From Phycisphaerales bacterium (GTDB taxonomy: Bacteria > Planctomycetota > Phycisphaerae > Phycisphaerales > SM1A02), in NCBI GenBank assembly GCA_044220875.1, contig JBGAQH010000007.1:31673-95672 (forward strand): 64,000 bases of DNA, in the 5' to 3' direction. The notes under the pieces were generated by a model. It did no database searches, was not told the DNA's origin, and saw only the letters and a list, made by a program, of their open reading frames with translations. The stretch's first letter is position 1. Each line of letters starts with the position of its first letter. The translations under genes were made by a program, and so were the position numbers. Below, in pieces: positions 58,755 through 64,000 of this stretch.

Positions 58755-60449
58755 GTGGCAGCCCCTGCGAACACCGACACCACCCGCGTCATCTACTCGA
58801 TGCTCGGCGTCTCCAAGACGATCGACCGGAAGGTCATCCTCAAGGACATCAGCCTCTCCTACTACTACGGCGCGAAGATCGGCGTGCTCGGCCTCAACGG
58901 CAGCGGCAAGTCGACGCTGCTCAAGATCATGGCCGGCGTCGACGCGAACTTCGAGGGGAAGGTCTGGGCGGCGCAGGGCTATTCGATCGGCTACCTCGAG
59001 CAGGAGCCGCTCCTCAACGAGACCCGCACCGTCATCGAGGTCGTGCGCGAGGGGGCCCAGGAGACCTACGCGCTGCTCGCCGAGTACGACCGCGTGAACG
59101 AGAAGTTGGGGACCGACATCGATCCCGACGAGATGGAGCGGCTGCTCAACCGGAGCGGCGAGCTGCAGGAGAAACTCGACCGCGTCGGCGCCTGGGACCT
59201 CGACAGCCGCCTCGAGATGGCGATGGACGCCCTGCGCTGTCCGCCCTCCGACCAGCCGCTCAACAGCTGCTCCGGCGGCGAGCGGCGCCGCGTCGCGCTC
59301 TGCCGGCTTCTCCTCCGCACGCCGGACATCCTCCTCCTCGACGAGCCGACGAACCACCTCGACGCGGAGAGCGTCCAGTGGCTCGAGCAGCATCTCCAGA
59401 AGTACGAGGGCACGGTCATCGCCGTGACCCACGACCGCTACTTCCTCGACAACGTCGCGGGATGGATCCTCGAGCTCGATCGCGGCGAGGGCATCCCGTA
59501 CAAGGGGAACTACTCCGGCTGGCTCGACCAGAAGCGGAAGCGGCTCGAGGTCGAGGAGAAGCAGGAGAGCGTGCGGCAGAAGACGCTCGCCCGCGAGCTC
59601 GACTGGATCCGGCAGAACCCCAAGGGGCGGCAGTCGAAGAGCAAGGCCCGCGTCGCCGCGTATGACCGCATGCTCTCGGAGAACGGCGAGAAGCGGGCGA
59701 AGGAGATCGAGATCTACATCCCGCCGGGACCGCGGCTCGGCAACCTCGTCATCGAGGCGAAGGGACTGACGAAGTGTTATGGCGACCGGATGCTGCTCGA
59801 CAACGTCAGCTTCTCGATCCCGCCGAACGCGATCGTCGGCATCATCGGCCCCAACGGCGCGGGCAAGACCACGCTCTTTCGCATGATCACCGGCAAGGAG
59901 ACGCCGGACTCGGGCGAGCTCCGCGTCGGCGAGACGGTGGTGATGAGCTACGTCGAGCAGGGCCGCGACTCGCTGCCCGCCGGCAAGAACGTCTGGGAGG
60001 CGATCTCCGACGGCGACGACGAGCTGCGCCTCGGCGAGGTGAAGGTGAACAGCCGGGCCTTCGTCTCGCGCTTCGGCTTCACCGGCGCCGACCAGCAGAA
60101 GTCGATCGACAACCTCTCGGGCGGCGAGCGCAACCGCGTGCACCTGGCCCGCATGCTCAAGTCCGGCGCGAACGTCATGCTCCTCGACGAGCCCACCAAC
60201 GACATCGACGTCAACACCATGCGGGCCCTCGAGGAGGCGATCGAGAACTTCGCCGGCTGCGTCGTCTGCATCAGCCACGACCGCTGGTTCCTCGACCGGC
60301 TCTGCACCCACATCCTCGCCTTCGAGGGCGACTCGCAGGTCTTCTTCTACAACGGCAACTTCACGGAATACGAAGAGGATCGGAAGAAGCGCACCGGCGA
60401 GGACATCACGCCGCATCGCCTGAAGTACCGGAAGCTGACGAGGACGTGA
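58755..60449 (+). CDS. ettA: energy-dependent translational throttle ABC-F protein EttA
   Basis: Two ABC cassettes (GLNGSGKST/LSGGERRRVAL/LLLDEPTNHLD and GPNGAGKTT/LSGGERNRVHL/LLDEPTNDID). The N-terminus parallels E. coli EttA. GTG start with GGAG upstream. It is the 3' part of the artefactual 1755-aa track ORF. Confidence 0.85.
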   Translation: MAAPANTDTTRVIYSMLGVSKTIDRKVILKDISLSYYYGAKIGVLGLNGSGKSTLLKIMAGVDANFEGKVWAAQGYSIGYLEQEPLLNETRTVIEVVREGAQETYALLAEYDRVNEKLGTDIDPDEMERLLNRSGELQEKLDRVGAWDLDSRLEMAMDALRCPPSDQPLNSCSGGERRRVALCRLLLRTPDILLLDEPTNHLDAESVQWLEQHLQKYEGTVIAVTHDRYFLDNVAGWILELDRGEGIPYKGNYSGWLDQKRKRLEVEEKQESVRQKTLARELDWIRQNPKGRQSKSKARVAAYDRMLSENGEKRAKEIEIYIPPGPRLGNLVIEAKGLTKCYGDRMLLDNVSFSIPPNAIVGIIGPNGAGKTTLFRMITGKETPDSGELRVGETVVMSYVEQGRDSLPAGKNVWEAISDGDDELRLGEVKVNSRAFVSRFGFTGADQQKSIDNLSGGERNRVHLARMLKSGANVMLLDEPTNDIDVNTMRALEEAIENFAGCVVCISHDRWFLDRLCTHILAFEGDSQVFFYNGNFTEYEEDRKKRTGEDITPHRLKYRKLTRT

Positions 60450-61017
60450 GGACGGCGCGGACGCGGGCCTCGACGGCGACGGGGTCGTCGAGGCGGTCGT
60501 CAATCAGGATCGCCGCACGCTCGGTCTTTCGCCCCGTCTCGCGCTTCAGTCGCAGCACCCAGACGTGGGGCTTCCGCCCGTGCGGCAGGAGCGTCGTCGC
60601 GACCCAGCCGTCGGCCCCGTCGTGGAAGGTGGTCGGGCCGCGCGGGGGGCGGTGCTCGAGGCGGGTGTCCGAGACGATCCAGATGTCGTCGAAGCGCTTG
60701 CCCGAGAGCCGGGCGAACGAGATCGGAAGCGAGACGATCCCGAGATAGAGGAAGCCGCCGATCTGACCACCCCTCGATCCGACGAGCATCGCGTAGAGCC
60801 AATACGAGACGATGCCCAGAAAGATGGTCGAACCGATGTGGGCGCCCCGCCAGAGCCACGGCGACGGCTCGCGGAGAAGGACCGTCCAGGTCAGCGGGAG
60901 ACGGGCCTCGCCGCACTCCGGGCAGCGCTCGCTGCGCGCCGGGTCGTAGCGGTAGGAGCAGGCGACGCAGGGCCGGAGCATCGCGAACAGTGTGACGTGC
61001 GAATCGTTAGGCGGCAA
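60406..61017 (-). CDS. zinc-ribbon membrane protein, paralog A
   Basis: LRPCVACSYRYDP…CPECGEA, two to three hydrophobic helices, and C-terminal ILIDDRLDDPVAVEARV shared with the neighbour. Confidence 0.6.
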   Translation of the reverse strand: MPPNDSHVTLFAMLRPCVACSYRYDPARSERCPECGEARLPLTWTVLLREPSPWLWRGAHIGSTIFLGIVSYWLYAMLVGSRGGQIGGFLYLGIVSLPISFARLSGKRFDDIWIVSDTRLEHRPPRGPTTFHDGADGWVATTLLPHGRKPHVWVLRLKRETGRKTERAAILIDDRLDDPVAVEARVRAVLTSSSASGTSGDAA

Positions 61018-61675
61018 CCGGCGGCGCGAGTGCCCTCCGCAGCGCCGCCTCGACCGCGACCGGGTCGTCGATCCGGTCGTCGATCGGGATCTCGAAGCGG
61101 TCGGCGACTCCCTCGCCGATCCCCTCGCTGTATCGGTGCACGGTCAGCGCCCAGCGATGCGGGTCAACGGCGTCGCGTACCAGGGCGCCCGCCCGCCACC
61201 CCTCGGCGCTCCGGCAGACGCGGTTGAAGCCGAGCGATGTGGTCGCCACGCCGTCGTCGCGGATCACGTAGATCCCCAGCGCCTTCCGCGAGAAGAGCTG
61301 GCGCACGAGGAAGGGGGTGAAGAGGATCGGGAAGAGCCCGATGCAGCCCGGACCGAGGGTGCTGGTGCCGAAGAGGAGCGAGACGCCGATCATCGTCATC
61401 GGCAGGCCGATCCCGATGCCGATCGCGAGGTAGAACCAGCGGCGCACATGCGGCGGAATGGTGGTCTCGACGATCACCCATGACGCCGGCGGCTGGGCCG
61501 TGCCGCACTCGGGGCATGCCGCCCCCTCGCGGGGTTCGCACCGGTAGCCGCACTCGAGGCAGGGTCGCAGCACCGCGACAGTGTCGATGCGCGGCTCGCC
61601 CCGTGCAAGCCTCTGGTACAAGACGCCCATGGCCTCTTCCGAGCGGGCGCCGTCCGCGAGCATCGCCAGGAGCAT
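61007..61675 (-). CDS. zinc-ribbon membrane protein, paralog B (start 61675 or 61630)
   Basis: LRPCLECGYRCEP…CPECGTA, hydrophobic helices, and C-terminal IPIDDRIDDPVAVEAAL. Confidence 0.6.
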   Translation of the reverse strand: MLLAMLADGARSEEAMGVLYQRLARGEPRIDTVAVLRPCLECGYRCEPREGAACPECGTAQPPASWVIVETTIPPHVRRWFYLAIGIGIGLPMTMIGVSLLFGTSTLGPGCIGLFPILFTPFLVRQLFSRKALGIYVIRDDGVATTSLGFNRVCRSAEGWRAGALVRDAVDPHRWALTVHRYSEGIGEGVADRFEIPIDDRIDDPVAVEAALRRALAPPVAA

Positions 61676-63245
61676 CGTCGCGCTCGCCGCCTGCTCGGCG
61701 TGCGCGGTGGCGATCGTCGTCGCCTGGTTCGGCTACCGCGCCGAGACCGCCGCAATGATGCGCGGCGTCGACGCCAAGCTGCACGCGCTGACCGCCGCGG
61801 CGGGAGGGCTGATCGGCGATGACCTGCATCGCAGGGCGAGGCTTTCGGCATCGGCGGGCGACGCGATCGGCGATGCCGAGAACCTCGCGATCTGCGAGCG
61901 GCTCTCGCGCGTCGCGGACGAGTCGGGAGTCACCTACCTCTACACCTGCGTGAAACCCGACCAGCTGGTCTTCGTCGAGTTCACGAGTCTCACCGCGGAG
62001 GAGCGGGCCAAGGGCGAGGCGCCGACGCTCATGCGCATCTACGAGCGGCCGCCGCCGGAGCTCCTGGCCAGCCTCGAGGACGGCGGGCCGCGCTTCGCCG
62101 AGTACGAGGACGAGTACGGCAGCTTCCGCTCGATGTTCCATCCGATCGCCACGCCGAACGGACGCGTGGTGGTGGCGGCGGACGTGAAGCTCGACGACCT
62201 TCGGGCGAGCGTGCGGTCGACGCTCCTCTGGCAGGCGATGATCGCCGTCGGCGTGCTTGTGCCTGTGGTGCTCGCGGCGAGGCTTCTCGGGGGCCGCATC
62301 GCCCGGCCGCTGGTGCAGCTTGCGTCGAACGTGCGGACCTTCGCCGACGACGACTTCAGCGACGACGCCCGCTCGATCGCCGAGCTCGAGCGCATCGTCG
62401 CCGCCCAGCGCGACGAGACGCACACGCTGGCCGCGGCGATCCTCGACCTCCGCCGGCGGCTCGTGCGGCACCTCATCGACCTCACCGCGATCACGGCCGA
62501 GAAGGAACGGATCACCGCGAAGCTGAACATCGCCCGCGACATCCAGCGCGGGCTCCTTCCGAAGGAGCCGCCGGTCGCCGCGGGCTTCGACATCGCCGGC
62601 TGGAGCGAGGCGGCGGACGAGACGGGCGGCGACTTCTACGACTGGATCGAGACGCCGCGCGGCGACATCGTGCTCGTCCTCGCCGACGTCACCGGGCACG
62701 GCGTCGGGCCCTCGCTCATGGCCGCGGTCTGCCGGGCCTACGCCCGGGCGACGCTGGTCGACGACTCGCCGATCGAGCCGCTGATCGAGCGGCTCAACCG
62801 GCTCGTGCACGGCGACTCGAAGGCGGGGCAGTTCGTCACCTTCTTCGCCGGCGTGCTCGAGCCGGAGAGCCGGCGGCTCACGATCCTCTCCGCGGCCCAC
62901 GGGCCGATCCTCGTCTATCGCGCCCTCGACCGGCGGGTCGTCGAGACGCCGACGCACGGCCTGCCGCTCGGCATCGTCCAGGAGCTCGGCACCGACCCCG
63001 GCACGCGCCTCACGCTCGAGCCGGGCGACGTCCTCATGGTGGTCTCCGACGGGTTCTTCGAGTGGGCCAACGCCGAGGGGGAGCAGTTCGGCCACGAGCG
63101 CCTGGCGGCCGAACTGTTAGCCGGAGCGTCGTCGGGCTCGATGGAGATCATCGAGCGGCTCCGCGCCGCCGTCTACCGCTTCACGACCGGCACCGTCCAG
63201 CCCGACGACATGACGGCGCTCGTCGTGCGCTGCGTGGCGCGGTGA
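61629..63245 (+). CDS. SpoIIE/PP2C-family serine phosphatase with N-terminal sensor and HAMP-like region
   Basis: …IARDIQRGLLPK…GGDFYDW…VLADVTGHGVGPSLMAA…DGFFE…QPDDMTALVVR. The start was chosen at MASSER (TM follows); the track start at 61581 is also possible. Confidence 0.8.
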   Translation: MASSERAPSASIARSIVALAACSACAVAIVVAWFGYRAETAAMMRGVDAKLHALTAAAGGLIGDDLHRRARLSASAGDAIGDAENLAICERLSRVADESGVTYLYTCVKPDQLVFVEFTSLTAEERAKGEAPTLMRIYERPPPELLASLEDGGPRFAEYEDEYGSFRSMFHPIATPNGRVVVAADVKLDDLRASVRSTLLWQAMIAVGVLVPVVLAARLLGGRIARPLVQLASNVRTFADDDFSDDARSIAELERIVAAQRDETHTLAAAILDLRRRLVRHLIDLTAITAEKERITAKLNIARDIQRGLLPKEPPVAAGFDIAGWSEAADETGGDFYDWIETPRGDIVLVLADVTGHGVGPSLMAAVCRAYARATLVDDSPIEPLIERLNRLVHGDSKAGQFVTFFAGVLEPESRRLTILSAAHGPILVYRALDRRVVETPTHGLPLGIVQELGTDPGTRLTLEPGDVLMVVSDGFFEWANAEGEQFGHERLAAELLAGASSGSMEIIERLRAAVYRFTTGTVQPDDMTALVVRCVAR

Positions 63246-63288
63246 GCGGCGGGAAGGCCTCCGCGGCGTCCGCTACCATGCGTGACCC

Positions 63289-64000
63289 ATGCAGACCACC
63301 GCCCACGTCATGGCCGGCATTCCGGCGATCAACCGCTCGCTCTACCGCAGCGTCCGCTTCCTCGTGGGCGACCCGGTGGCGATCGCCGACGTCGGCGGGC
63401 GACGCACCCTCATCCTGCGCGACATCGAGATGGAGCGGGCCCGTCGACATGCCCGCGCCGACGTCGTCGCCTGTCCGCGGGACTTCGAGCCGCAGGGCGG
63501 GCTGAGCGGCGACCGCGAGACGGCGACGGCCCAAGCGTTAGGCGAGTGCCTCCGCCGGGCGAACGTGCGCGAGGCGATCGCCGACCGGACCTTCCCGCTC
63601 ATCTTCGCCGAGCATCTCCGGCACGCCGGCGTCGCGGTGCGCTATGACGCCGACTTCGGCGTGGGCGAGCGGCGGTCGAAGGACGCGCAGGAGTTCGCCT
63701 GGCTCCGCGAGGCCCAGGCCGCGACCGAGCGCGCGATGCGCCACGCCTGCGAGCTGGTCGCCAACGCCGATGTCCGCGCCGACGGGACGCTCGAGTCGGG
63801 CGGCGAGCCGCTCACCGCCAAGCGGGTGAAGTCGGCGATCGACCTCTTCCTGCTGGGCCTCGGCTACGAGAATCCCGAGCCGATCGTCGCCGGCGGCCGC
63901 GTCGGCGCCGACTGCCACGACCTCGGCCATGGCATCCTCCGCACCGGCGAGCCGGTGATCATCGACATCTTCCCGCGGAACCGGACGACGCTCTTCAACG
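63289..64000 (+). CDS. M24-family (Xaa-Pro) aminopeptidase, 3'-truncated by window edge
   Basis: Manual translation from the ATG at 63289 is open to the window end: MQTTAHVMAGIPAINRSLYRSVRFLVGDP…GADCHDLGHGILRTGEPVIIDIFPR… Not present in the ORF track because there is no stop in the window. Confidence 0.6.
   Translation, partial: MQTTAHVMAGIPAINRSLYRSVRFLVGDPVAIADVGGRRTLILRDIEMERARRHARADVVACPRDFEPQGGLSGDRETATAQALGECLRRANVREAIADRTFPLIFAEHLRHAGVAVRYDADFGVGERRSKDAQEFAWLREAQAATERAMRHACELVANADVRADGTLESGGEPLTAKRVKSAIDLFLLGLGYENPEPIVAGGRVGADCHDLGHGILRTGEPVIIDIFPRNRTTLFN

Noticed and set aside
55182-60449. 1755-aa ORF in the track, the longest in the window
   Set aside because: Most of it is Arg/Gly/Asp-rich alternate-frame read-through across the CRTAC1-like gene and antisense to the OLD nuclease. 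This is typical of high-G+C open frames. Only the last 564 codons (from the GTG at 58755) form a coherent protein (EttA).

Overview
High-G+C bacterial chromosome segment. The FG-GAP/VCBS-type secreted proteins with C-terminal dockerin/EF-hand-like DxNxDG repeats hint at a Planctomycetota-like host, but this cannot be proven from the window. All calls rest on motif reading of the supplied ORF translations and manual reading of the DNA; no database search was run.

Layout:
- **1-2782:** restriction-modification cassette with two translationally coupled N4/N6 DNA methyltransferases and a convergent PD-(D/E)xK-like ORF.
- **2783-3608:** ORF-poor, hairpin-rich spacer.
- **3609-6659:** two paralogous secreted beta-propeller-like proteins, followed by a canonical terminator.
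- **7096-9765:** overlapping three-gene operon of a ComF-like phosphoribosyltransferase, a divergent DprA-like protein and a HAD phosphatase. It resembles the reported DprA-PPRT anti-phage pair, with an extra gene.
- **about 9.8-48.9 kb:** siphovirus-like prophage, almost entirely on the minus strand.
  - Lambda-like head module: TerS-like, TerL, gpW-like, lambda-family portal, and a protease-capsid fusion.
  - Tail module with tape measure protein and a G/GT-type chaperone.
  - Replication and recombination module: Prim-Pol/DUF3987, SF2 helicase, RusA, DUF669 and a Sak4-like ATPase.
  - A phage-encoded sigma factor and a ParB-methyltransferase.
  - An accessory arm: an XRE-ImmA cassette with two unknown proteins, a divergent McrBC-like pair, an RHH-fused N4C-like methyltransferase, and a DUF2924/large-serine-recombinase/HTH trio.
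- **49.2-51.8 kb:** a small ORF and a TPR-HEPN protein next to an initiator tRNA-Met at 52111-52184.
- **52.2-64 kb:** ordinary chromosomal genes. These are a CPA2 antiporter-EIIA fusion, MscS, a CRTAC1-like protein, a stand-alone OLD-family nuclease, EttA, two paralogous zinc-ribbon membrane proteins, a SpoIIE/PP2C phosphatase and a partial M24 peptidase.

Most notable observations:
- The terminator-delimited XRE/ImmA plus two-unknown-protein cassette, sitting divergent from a McrBC-like pair.
- A four-copy promoter-like bipartite motif with invariant 16-nt spacing that differs from the sigma70-like tRNA promoter.
- The PRTase-DprA-HAD operon.
- An extremely cysteine-rich distal tail protein.
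- An iteron cluster.
- Several opposite-strand or lower-G+C insertions inside the phage morphogenesis operon.

Many long ORFs in the supplied track are antisense or alternate-frame artefacts of the high G+C content and were not called.
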